This document shows positions 30,445 through 40,146 of a DNA stretch of 64,000 bases, piece after piece. Made by a program: the position numbers and the translations under genes. Within the stretch, counting starts at the first letter, position 1, and every line of letters starts with the position of its first letter. The notes beneath the pieces are model-generated. The model was not told where the DNA came from, searched no databases, and worked only from the letters and a program-made list of their open reading frames with translations. Source of the DNA: an uncultured delta proteobacterium (GTDB taxonomy: Bacteria > Myxococcota > Myxococcia > SLRQ01); assembly GCA_963727485.1 (NCBI GenBank), contig CAVSGM010000001.1, positions 800,001 through 864,000 of the forward strand, read 5' to 3'.

Positions 30445-32660
30445 ATGCGTCGCCTCGCCCCGCTCCTCGCGCTCCTCGTGGTGACCGGCGCCCGGCCGGC
30501 GCTCGCCGATCCCCCGGCGCCGCGCACGGTGGTCCTCTGGCACAGCTACCGCGGTGCCGAGGCCAAGGCCCTGCAGAGGGTGGTCGACCACTTCGAGGCG
30601 CAGCACCCGGCCATCCACGTCCGGGTGATGGCGGTCCCCGCCAGCGCCTTCTCCAACAAGATCACCAACGCCGTGCCCATGGGCAACGGCCCGGACCTCT
30701 TCATCGCCGCCCACGACAACGTGGGGCAGTGGGCGAAGGATGGGGTGCTCCAGACCCTCGATCCGAGCGCCCTCGGCGTGGACACCGCCAAGTTCATCCC
30801 CGAGACCCTGCACGCCCTCAACTACCGCGGGGCGCTCTACGGCCTGCCGCTCGCCTACAAGACGCTGGTGCTCTTCTACAACAAGCACCTCATCGACGCG
30901 CCGCCGAAGACCACCGACGAGATGCTCGCCCTGGCCCAGGGGCTCTCGCTGCCGGCCAAGGGCGAGTTCGGGCTCGCCTGGCCCACCGACAACGCCTACT
31001 TCGTCGCCCCGTGGCTCTTCGGCTTCGGCGGCCACATCTTCGATCCCAAGACCGGCAAGCCCAGCCTCGACAACCCGGCCTTCGGGCGGTCCCTCGCCTA
31101 CCTCCAGAAGCTGGTCCTCGAGGACCGGGTGGTCCCCGAGGAGTCGACGAGCGTGCTCACCTCGCGGCTGTTCAACAGCGGCGCGGTGGGGATGGTCATC
31201 AACGGCCCCTGGTTCATGGGGGAGATCGACAAGGGCGTCGACTACGGCATCGCGCCCCTGCCGGTGATGAGCGCCACCGGGCGGCCGGCGACGCCGTTCC
31301 TCACCGTCGAAGGGATCTTCCTCGCCGCCCGGGCCCACGACCGGCGCGACGCCCTGGCCCTCGCCGGCTTCATCGCCTCGACCGGCGCCATCACCCGGGC
31401 CGTCGACGGCCGCCAGTCGGTGGCCTGGGAGCCGGCCTACCAGGACCCCCGGGTCTCGGACGATCCCACGCTCATGGTGTTCCGCCGCCAGCTCGATCAC
31501 ACGCACCTGATGAGCAACGCGCCGGTCATGTCCTCGGTGTGGGCCCCAGCGAAGGGTGCCCTGGACGCGGTCCTCCGGGGCGTGCCCCCGGCCCAGGCGA
31601 TGCAGCGCGCCCAGTCGCGCCTCAGCGCCCTCACCCGCCCGGCGCCGCCGACGAAGAGCCCCACGCCCTACCTGCTCTTCCTTGGCCTGGTGGCGCTGGT
31701 GGGCGCCGGCTCCTGGACCGGCCGCGAGCTGCGCCGGATCAAGAAGGGCGGCCGCTCCCGGTGGGCCGAGGTGAAGAAGGCGAAGGGCGCCTACGCCTAC
31801 CTGGCCCCGGCGATGCGTGGGGATGCTGCTGCTTGGTGCTGGTGCCCTTCGCGGTGGGCGTGGCCATGGGCTTCACCCACCACGAGGCGGGCCACTACAC
31901 CTTCGTGGGCCTGGCGAACTTCACCGACATCCTCTTCGGGAAGAGCTACGGCATCACCGACCCCCTGTCGTTCTACTTCACCATGGTGGTCACCATCCTC
32001 TGGACGGTGGCCAACGTGGTGCTCCACGTCAGCATCGGCCTGGCCCTGGCGCTCCTGCTCAAGGAGCCGTGGCTCAAGCTCAAGGGCGTGTACCGGGCGC
32101 TGCTGATCATCCCCTGGGCGGTGCCCAGCTACATCACCGCCCTCATCTGGAAGGGGATGTTCCAGAAGCAGTTCGGCGCCATCAACGGCCTGCTCACCGC
32201 CGTCGGCCTCCAGCCGGTGAGCTGGTTCTCCCACTTCTGGACCGCCTTCACCGCCGACGTGGTCACCAATACCTGGCTGGGCTTCCCCTTCATGATGGTC
32301 GTCGCCCTCGGGGCCCTCCAGTCCATCCCCACGGACCTCTACGAGGCCGCCGAGGTCGACGGCGCCAGCCGCTGGCAGCGCTTCCGCCACGTGACCCTGC
32401 CGCTGCTCAAGCCCGCGATGCTCCCGGCGGTGATCCTGGGGATGGTCTGGACCTTCAACATGTTCAACGTCATCTACCTGGTCAGCAACGGCGCGCCGGG
32501 CGGGGCCACGGACATCCTCATCAGCGACGCCTACCGCTGGGCCTTCGAGCGCGGGAGCCAGTACGGCTACGCCGCCGCCTACGCCACGCTGATCTTCATC
32601 ATCCTGGTGGTCTACACCCTGGCCACCCGCAAGATCGCCGGCGGGGAGGAGCTCACGTGA
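30445..32660 (+). CDS. Fused maltodextrin-binding protein + MalF-type permease; two apparent 1-nt insertions at about 31816 and 31833
   Basis: Signal peptide, GPDLFIAAHD, LYGLP, INGPWF (MalE-like), then TM; permease IIPWAVPSYI, NTWLGFPFMM, LYEAAEVDGA; removing two bases gives a continuous YAYLAPAMVGMLLLVLVPF. Confidence 0.8.
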
Positions 32661-33505
32661 GAGGTCCCAAGCCCTGGCAGAAGGGGCTCACCCACGCCGC
32701 CCTCTGGGTGGGGGTCTCGGTGGCCCTCTACCCGGTGCTCTGGGTGGTGAAGATGAGCTTCTCCAAGTCCCAGGCCTTCGGCCTCTCGGCGAGCCTGTGG
32801 CCGGCGCACCCCACCCTTCAGAACTACATCGACGTGGTCAGCGACACCGACTCCGCCGGCCACTGGCTCTTCGGCCACCAGCTCTTCAACTCGGTGGTGG
32901 TCTCCGCGGGCACCACGGTGCTGGGCATCTTCCTGGCGGTGACCGCGGCCTACGCCTTCTCGCGCTTCCGCTTCCCCGGCCGGCGCAACGGCCTGTTGCT
33001 CTTCCTGGTGACCCAGATGTTCCCCGGGGTGATGATGATGATCCCGGTCTACATCCTCATGGACCACCTGCACCTCTTGGGGAGCCTCACCGGCCTCATC
33101 CTGGTCTACGGCATCACCGCCATCCCCTTCTGCGTGTTCATGCTCAAGGGCTACTTCGACACCATCCCCAAGGAGCTCGAGGAGGCGGCGCTCATCGACG
33201 GCGCCTCCCAGTTCACCATCTTCTGGCGGGTGGTGCTGCCGTTGGCCAAGCCGGCGCTGGCGGTGACCGCGCTGTTCTCGTTCATGACCGCGTGGAACGA
33301 GTTCATCCTCGCCGCCACCTTCATGAACACCCAGATCCAGTTCACCCTCCCGGTGGCGCTCCAGCGCTACGTGGGGAGCTACTCCACCGAGTGGGGGCAC
33401 TTCGCGGCCGGGGCGATCATCGTCTCCATCCCGGTGGTGGTGCTCTTCTTCGCGCTCCAGAAGTACCTGGTGGGCGGGCTGACCGCCGGCGGGGTGAAGG
33501 GATAG
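32657..33505 (+). CDS. malG: Maltose/maltodextrin ABC permease
   Basis: AAYAFSRFRFPGR, QMFPG, KGYFDTIPKELEEAALIDGA, WNEF, QKYLVGGLTAGGVKG; GTGA overlap. Confidence 0.92.
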   Translation: MRGPKPWQKGLTHAALWVGVSVALYPVLWVVKMSFSKSQAFGLSASLWPAHPTLQNYIDVVSDTDSAGHWLFGHQLFNSVVVSAGTTVLGIFLAVTAAYAFSRFRFPGRRNGLLLFLVTQMFPGVMMMIPVYILMDHLHLLGSLTGLILVYGITAIPFCVFMLKGYFDTIPKELEEAALIDGASQFTIFWRVVLPLAKPALAVTALFSFMTAWNEFILAATFMNTQIQFTLPVALQRYVGSYSTEWGHFAAGAIIVSIPVVVLFFALQKYLVGGLTAGGVKG

Positions 33506-33526
33506 GACCCCCGGGGGGGCGCGCCG

Positions 33527-35637
33527 ATGGCGAAGCAGGACGACGAGACGCCGCGGGACGCGCGCCTGCCGCCCGACGACGCCCCCGGGATCGCCCCGGA
33601 GGACCAGCGGTTCGCGACCGAGGACACGGTCCAGAGCGCGGTCCCGGACGGGCGCACCGACACCGCCGACGCCCGGGTCGACCTCGACGCCCCGGACCTG
33701 CGCTCCCCCCGGAGCCTCTTCGCCTCGGCGTGGTACGGCCCGCCGCCCTCGGTGGCACCCCCCCTCTACGACGCGCCCACCCGGACCCCGGCCAGCCGGC
33801 CCCCCGCCACCGGCGCCCCCGAGGCCCTGAAGCACGCGGCCTTCGACGACCGCTACGCCTACCGCAAGCCGCTCGGCGCCGGGGGCATGGGGGTGGTCAA
33901 CCTCTTCCGCGACCACACCATCGGCCGGGACGTGGCGATGAAGGTCGCCCGGCCGCTCGGCCCCGACACCCAGTCGCGGCTGCGCTTCGTCCGCGAGGCC
34001 CGGGTCCAGGGGCAGCTCGAGCACCCCTCGGTGGTCCCGGTCTACGACCTGGGCCTCGATCCCAAGGGCGACGTCTACTTCACCATGCAGCGGGTCCGGG
34101 GCGTCTCGCTCGCCGACGTCATCGACGGGCTCAAGGGCGGAGACGAGGCGATCTCCTCCCTCTGGACCCTGCGCCGGCGCCTGGCGGTGTTCAACCAGGT
34201 GTGCCTGGCGGTGGACTTCGTCCACCACCGGGGCGTGATCCACCGGGATTCTCAAGCCCGACAACATCATGCTCGGGGACTACGGAGAGGTGTACCTCCT
34301 CGACTGGGGCCTGGCGAAGGTGCACGGGGCCGCGGAGATCTCCCACGCCACCGAGCGCCCCGAGGAGGACGCCGAGCACACCGCCCCGGGCCGGGTGGAC
34401 GCCTTCGACGGCGCCGAGACCATCGCCGGGGAGATGCTGGGCACCCCGGGGTACATGGCCCCCGAGCAGATGCAGGGCGCCGAGGACCTCGACGGCCGGG
34501 CCGACATCTACGCCCTGGGCGCGATCCTCTTCGAGCTGCTCACCCTCGCGCTCCTCCACCGGCAGGACAGCCGCGCCTCGGTGATCCACGCCACCCTCAA
34601 GACCGACGGGGCGCGCCCGGCCGAGCGGTGCCCCGAGGCCCAGGTGCCCCCGGAGCTCGACGCCCTGGTCCACCAGTGTACCCGCCTCGACCCCTCCAAA
34701 CGGCCCCCCTCCGCCCGCGACGTCTCCCGGGCGGTGGAGGCCTACCTCGACGGAGACCGGGACCTGGCGCTGCGCCGGGACCTCGCGGCCCAGCGAGCCG
34801 AGAGCGCCCGGGCGTCCTTCGCCGCGGTCCGGGACGGGACCGGAGACGAGACCGAGGCGCGGCGGCAGGCGATGCGCCAGGTGACCGCCGCCCTGGCCCT
34901 GGATCCCGACAACCGGGTGGCCCGGGAGACGCTGGTCCGCCTCCTCGCCGAGCCGCCCCGGCACATGCCCCCGGAGGCGGCGGCCGAGCTCGCGGCTCGG
35001 GAGACCGCCCGGATGCAGTGGGCGGGGAAGGCGGCGGTCGCCGGCTACTTCGGCTTCATCCTCTACCTGCCCTTCGTGTTCTGGGCCGGGGTGCGCAGCT
35101 GGCCGGCGCTGCTCGCGGTGATGGGCTGCACCGCCCTCTCGGCGGCGACCACCTGGTACTACGTGAAGCGCCCCCCGGCGTCCCGCAAGGTCACCTGGCC
35201 CCACCTGCTGCAGCACCAACCTCACCGTGGCCGTCGCCGCGGTGATGCTCGGGCCCCTGGTCCTGGTGCCGCTCCTGGCCCTGGGGAACACGGTCCTCTA
35301 CCTCACCGCCCTCGACGACCAGCGCCCGCGGATCATCGTCCTCGGCCTCCTGGCGGTGGCGGTGCCCACGGTCCTCCAGTGGGTCGGTGTGCTCCCGCCG
35401 AGCTACGCGGTGGCCGGCGGCGTCCTCGAGGTGATGCCCCGGATGATCCACTTCCCGCCGGTGCCCACCATGGTCTTCCTCCTGGCGGTGCAGCTGTTCA
35501 TCATCGCCACCGCCGCCTTCTTCGTGGCCCGCCTGCGGCGGCGCTACACCCGGGCCGAGCGGCGCATCCATCTCCACACCTGGCAGCTGCGCCAGGTGGT
35601 GCCCGCCGACGCGCCGGAGCCCGGCCCCGAGGCGTAG
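33527..35637 (+). CDS. Hanks-type Ser/Thr protein kinase with C-terminal TM domain; apparent frameshifts at about 34250 and 35211
   Basis: LGAGGMGVV, VAMK, RFVREARV..LEHPSVVPVYD, IHRD|LKPDN (extra T), DWGLAK, GTPGYMAPEQ, DIYALG; TM helices continue in the 35227-35637 frame. Confidence 0.88.
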
Positions 35638-35689
35638 CGCGCCGCCCTGGCTCCCGCCGGCGTTCCCGGACGGCGCGGCAAGGCCTAGG

Positions 35690-36211
35690 ATGCGCCCCGT
35701 GCCCGGCCCGACCCTCGAGCCCCTCGCGGACGATCCCGCCACCGTGGCCGCCCTCCAGGCGGTCCTGGCGGGGGCGCCGGCCCTCAACCTGCTGGCCTGC
35801 GGCGTACCCCCGCAGCCCGGGGACGCCCAGAAGCTCCTCGAGGACCTGCCGCCGGGCCGCACCCACGCCGACAAGGAGGTCCTCGGGATCCGGTACCAGG
35901 GCGAGCTCGTCGGCTGCGTGGACCTGGTGCGTGGCTTCCCGGATGCGCGGACCGTCTTCGTGGGGCTCTTCCTCCTGGTCGAGCGGCTCCATCGCCAGGG
36001 CCTCGGGCGCGCGGCCTGGGCCGCGGTGGAGGCGCGCCTCCGAGAGGTCCCCGGCCTCGCGCGCCTGCGCCTGGCGGTCCTCGCCGAGAACGCCCCGGCC
36101 CGGGGGTTCTGGCCCGCCATGGGTTTCGTCCGCACCGGCGAGGTCCGCCCCTGGCACCAGGGGAGGGTTCACACCGAGGCGTTTCTATACGACAAGCCCT
36201 TCGTCACCTGA
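35690..36211 (+). CDS. GNAT-family N-acetyltransferase
   Basis: VGLFLL..HRQGLG (acetyl-CoA motif A), LAVLAENAPARGFW..GF. Confidence 0.85.
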   Translation: MRPVPGPTLEPLADDPATVAALQAVLAGAPALNLLACGVPPQPGDAQKLLEDLPPGRTHADKEVLGIRYQGELVGCVDLVRGFPDARTVFVGLFLLVERLHRQGLGRAAWAAVEARLREVPGLARLRLAVLAENAPARGFWPAMGFVRTGEVRPWHQGRVHTEAFLYDKPFVT

Positions 36212-36272
36212 CCGGCGGTGTCAGACCCGGCGGCCTCCGCCGGTCGACGCCGCCCACCGTCGGGAGATCCCC

Positions 36273-36476
36273 ATGACCCTCGCCAAAGCTGCCATCCGCT
36301 CCCTCGTCGAGGCCGTGTTCATCGGCACCGGCCTGGTGATCCTCGCCCGCCTCCTCGGGGGCTTTCTCGCCTACCACGCCGGGGTCGACGATTTCGAGTT
36401 CCTCGGCGTCGCGCTCCTCGTCTACGTGGTCGCCATGACCGCCTACCGCTTCAAGCTCCAGGGAGGTTCCCGATGA
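36273..36476 (+). CDS. Small two-TM membrane protein
   Basis: GGAGA RBS, 67 aa with two hydrophobic helices; ATGA overlap with the SPFH gene. Confidence 0.6.
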   Translation: MTLAKAAIRSLVEAVFIGTGLVILARLLGGFLAYHAGVDDFEFLGVALLVYVVAMTAYRFKLQGGSR

Positions 36477-37381
36477 AGGCCCGCCTCGCCCTCGCCATCG
36501 GCATCGTCGTCGTCGCCGCCGGCATCTTCCTCTTCACCGTCGGCTCCACCATGGTCGAGCCGGGCTTCGTGGGCATCCGGGTGAACAAGCTCGGCACCCA
36601 GCGAGACATCAGCAACGTGAAGACCGTGGTCGGCCGGGTGTTCTTCAACCCGCTCACCACCGAGATCGTCACCTACCCCACCAAGGTGCAGCGGATCATC
36701 TGGACCCGCAGCCGCACCGAGGGGAGCCTCCACGACGACTCCTTCGACTTCAACTCCAGCGGTGGCGTGTCGCTCAACGCCGACGTGAGCATCGCGGTAT
36801 CGATCAAGCCCGATGACGCCTCGCGGATCTACACCAAGTACCGGGCGCCGCTGGAGACGCTGGTCGACGGCATCATCCGCGACATCGTCCGCGACGGCAT
36901 CGCCCGGGCGGCGAGCGAGCGAACCGCCGACGAGATCGTGGGCCAGGGCCGGGAGAAGTTCCGCTCGGCGGCCTACGCCTACATCAAGGACCGTCTCGCC
37001 ACCGAGGGCTTCACCCTCGACAACTTCTCCCTCATCGGCAGCGTCCGGGTGCCGCCGGCGATCCAGAAGACCATCGACGAGAAGATCGCCGCCAGCCAGA
37101 AGGCCCTCACCGCCCAGGTGCGGCTCCAGGAGGTCAAGGCCGAGGCCGCCCAGAGGGTCGAGGCCGCCCAGGGCGACGCCCAGGCCACGCTGGTCCGGGC
37201 CAAGGCCCAGGCCGAGGCGAACAAGACCCTGGCCGCGTCGCTGACCCCCGCGGTCATCCAGTACCAGACCCTGCAGCTGATGCAGCAGAAGTGGGATGGG
37301 CGCCTCCCCCAGGTCTCCGGGGGCGGCGGGACCGGCCTGGGCATGCTGCTCCAGGTGCCTTCCTCCACCCGGCACCCCTGA
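36473..37381 (+). CDS. SPFH/Band 7 (prohibitin-like) protein
   Basis: N-terminal TM, VEPGFVGIRV, SLNADVS, PPAIQKTIDEK, AxGxA..AxAxAEAN coiled coil, KWDGRLPQV. Confidence 0.9.
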   Translation: MKARLALAIGIVVVAAGIFLFTVGSTMVEPGFVGIRVNKLGTQRDISNVKTVVGRVFFNPLTTEIVTYPTKVQRIIWTRSRTEGSLHDDSFDFNSSGGVSLNADVSIAVSIKPDDASRIYTKYRAPLETLVDGIIRDIVRDGIARAASERTADEIVGQGREKFRSAAYAYIKDRLATEGFTLDNFSLIGSVRVPPAIQKTIDEKIAASQKALTAQVRLQEVKAEAAQRVEAAQGDAQATLVRAKAQAEANKTLAASLTPAVIQYQTLQLMQQKWDGRLPQVSGGGGTGLGMLLQVPSSTRHP

Positions 37382-37528
37382 CCCGGGCCGGTCCTGGCGG
37401 CGCATTCGGCGTAGAGGCGCTATCCTACGGGGGCGCGACCGTCGACCGCCGCCGGGCCCCGGGGGGCCCGAGCCCGAGTCAGACGGGGGCCGGGGCCGCG
37501 TCCCACACGCAGCTTGGGAGAAACGATC

Positions 37529-38302
37529 ATGCACGCACATCTGCTCATGAGCCCCTTCGCCCTCCTCGCCGGAGCCGGCGGGGTGGAGGCCGTGGCCCAG
37601 TTCCTGGCGTTTCCGCCGGTGTCCGCCCTCCTGGTGGCCACCGGCTTCCTCGGGCTGCTCCTCGAGTTCAAGACCGCCGGCTGGGGGGTGGGTGGCACCA
37701 TCGGGGTCGTCGCCTTCGGGCTCTTCTTCTGGTCCCACATGACGCTCGGCTACGCCGGCTGGGAGTCGGTGCTGATGGTGGCCGTGGGGCTGACGCTCCT
37801 GGCCCTGGAGATCTTCGTGATCCCGGGCTTCGGCGTCGCCGGGACCCTGGGGCTGGTGGCGACCTTCGGCGGCATCTTCCTCGCCCTCGTCGGCGACCTC
37901 CACGGCGTCACCGAGGCCCGCGTGGTCACGGCCGCCGGCACCCTCGGGGGCGCGGTGCTCCTGGTGGGCGGCGGCGCCGTCGCCCTGGTCAGGTGGCTGC
38001 CCAACAGCCGGCACCTCGACCGGATGGTCCTCAAGGACAGCGTGGAGCGGCTCACCCCGCCAAGGGAGGACCCCTACCGCGCCTGGGAGAAGGACCTGCC
38101 CTCGGAGGCCACCTCCCTCAACGGCCACCAGGGGGTGGCGGTCACCGACCTGCGCCCGGTGGGAACCGCCGAGATTGACGGCACCGAGGTCCACGTCGTG
38201 ACCCGGGGCAGCTACGTCGACAAGGGGACCCGGATCGAGGTGGTCGAGGACTCGGGCTACCGCAAGGTCGTCCGCCCGGCCGCCGAAACCGAAACCGATT
38301 GA
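37529..38302 (+). CDS. nfeD: NfeD-family protein (TM + C-terminal OB domain, no ClpP domain)
   Basis: LEIFVIPGFGVAG; GVAVTDLRPVGTAEIDG..VVTRGSYVDKG; directly upstream of floA. Confidence 0.88.
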   Translation: MHAHLLMSPFALLAGAGGVEAVAQFLAFPPVSALLVATGFLGLLLEFKTAGWGVGGTIGVVAFGLFFWSHMTLGYAGWESVLMVAVGLTLLALEIFVIPGFGVAGTLGLVATFGGIFLALVGDLHGVTEARVVTAAGTLGGAVLLVGGGAVALVRWLPNSRHLDRMVLKDSVERLTPPREDPYRAWEKDLPSEATSLNGHQGVAVTDLRPVGTAEIDGTEVHVVTRGSYVDKGTRIEVVEDSGYRKVVRPAAETETD

Positions 38303-38349
38303 CGGCAAGGGGTGCCTTGCCTCGCGCCTGAATACACAAGGAGAACCGG

Positions 38350-39330
38350 ATGAACTTCTTCATCATCGTCGCCGCCGGTGTGGCTCTCGTCTTCTTCATC
38401 ATCCTCTTCAGCTTCGTCCCCATCGGCCTTTGGATCACCGCGCTCTTCTCCGGGGTGCGGGTATCGCTCGGGAACCTCATCGGGATGCGGCTGCGGAAGG
38501 TCAACCCCCAGACCATCATCCGCCCCAAGATCAGCGCCACCAAGGCCGACATCGATCTCTCCATCCAGCAGATGGAGGCCCACTACCTCGCCGGCGGCAA
38601 CGTCCCCAAGGTGGTCGCCGCGATCATCTCCGCCGACCGCGCCAACATCCACCTGCCCTGGCGGATGGCCGCGGCCATCGACCTCGCCGGCCGTGACGTC
38701 CTCGAGGCGGTGCAGGTCTCGGTCAACCCCAAGGTCATCGAGACCCCCCGGGTGTCCGCGGTGGCCAAGGACGGCATCCAGCTGGTGGCCACCGCCCGGG
38801 TGACCGTGCGCGCCAACATCGAGCGCCTGGTCGGCGGCGCCGGCGAGGAGACCATCCTCGCCCGGGTCGGCGAGGGCACCGTGTCGGCCATCGGCTCCGC
38901 CGACACCCACAGCATGGTCCTGGAGAACCCCGACAGCATCTCCAAGCTGGTGCTCGCCAAGGGCCTCGACTCCGGCACCGCCTACGAGATCCTCTCCATC
39001 GACATCGCCGACGTGGACGTGGGCAAGAACATCGGCGCCCACCTCCAGAGCGAGCAGGCCGAGGCGGACATGCGCATCGCCCAGGCCAAGGCCGAGGAGC
39101 GGCGCGCCATGGCCGTGGCCCTGGAGCAGGAGATGCGGGCCAACGTCGAGGAGATGCGGGCCAAGGTGGTCGAGGCCGAGGCCCAGGTGCCCCTGGCCAT
39201 GGCCGAGGCCTTCCGCGCCGGCAACCTCGGCGTCATGGACTACTACAAGATGAAGAACGTCGACGCCGACACCAAGATGCGTGACGCCCTCTCGGGCCAC
39301 CGGAGCGGGAACACGCCGGGGCAGGCATGA
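38350..39330 (+). CDS. floA: Flotillin-like protein FloA (YqfA/UPF0365)
   Basis: [75 protein letters not shown]. Confidence 0.95.
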   Translation: MNFFIIVAAGVALVFFIILFSFVPIGLWITALFSGVRVSLGNLIGMRLRKVNPQTIIRPKISATKADIDLSIQQMEAHYLAGGNVPKVVAAIISADRANIHLPWRMAAAIDLAGRDVLEAVQVSVNPKVIETPRVSAVAKDGIQLVATARVTVRANIERLVGGAGEETILARVGEGTVSAIGSADTHSMVLENPDSISKLVLAKGLDSGTAYEILSIDIADVDVGKNIGAHLQSEQAEADMRIAQAKAEERRAMAVALEQEMRANVEEMRAKVVEAEAQVPLAMAEAFRAGNLGVMDYYKMKNVDADTKMRDALSGHRSGNTPGQA

Positions 39331-40070
39331 ACTTCGTCATCGTCGTCGCCATCGGCACGATCATCATCGTGACCCGGCTGGCCTCCTGGGCGCAGAAGCA
39401 GCAGCGCATCGCCCAGGGGCGCCTGCCGTCCGCCAGCGATGACCCGGCCCGGCCCGAGGGGCTCCTCGACGTTCTCCGGGACCTCGACCAGCAGCTCGGC
39501 CAGACCTCGGGTCGGACGGTGCAGACCCGCGTGCCGGGCCCCCGGCCCCCGGTGACCACCGCGGTGCGCGGGGGCGGGGTGCCCTCCCGCCGAGGGCCCC
39601 TCGGCGAGCCCCTGGACGCGAACCGGGGCAGCCGCGGGCCCCTCGGCGAGAGCCTCGGTGGGCGCGGCGGCGCCTTCGGGCCCCTGGGGGAGCCTCTGGG
39701 AGCCCAGGCCCGAAGGTCGGCCCCGGTCGCGGCCCGGCCCGTGGGCCTGACCCCGGGGCTGCCGACCCGTGTGCCCGGGCAGGTCCCCGCCCGCCGCGGC
39801 GAGACCGGGGTCGCCGGCAACGCGCACAACGCCCGGGAGGACGTGGCGGCGAAGCCGGCCGCCTCGCGCCCCGTGCCGGCGGTGGCGAAGCTCGGGGCCC
39901 GGCCCTCCAGGGCGCTGGAGGTCGGGGTGCCGAAGATCGAGCACCCCAAGGGCACGGACCCGGCCGCCGGAGGGCGGCGCCTGGCCCACGCCCTGCTCCA
40001 GACCAACGACGGTCGCCAGGCCGCGGTGATCCTCACGGAGATCTTCGGGCCGCCGGTGGGCCAGCGCTGA
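39327..40070 (+). CDS. YqfB-like protein (N-terminal TM, low-complexity middle, conserved C-terminal motif)
   Basis: ATGA overlap with floA; C-terminal [14 protein letters not shown]; three GPLGE(P/S)L repeats. Confidence 0.65.
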   Translation: MNFVIVVAIGTIIIVTRLASWAQKQQRIAQGRLPSASDDPARPEGLLDVLRDLDQQLGQTSGRTVQTRVPGPRPPVTTAVRGGGVPSRRGPLGEPLDANRGSRGPLGESLGGRGGAFGPLGEPLGAQARRSAPVAARPVGLTPGLPTRVPGQVPARRGETGVAGNAHNAREDVAAKPAASRPVPAVAKLGARPSRALEVGVPKIEHPKGTDPAAGGRRLAHALLQTNDGRQAAVILTEIFGPPVGQR

Positions 40071-40146
40071 CGACGGCCGCGGCCATCCGCGTTATGCTCC
40101 GGGGGATCCTGGTGGCTGGGGAGCCACCGCACCCGGAGATCCGCGG

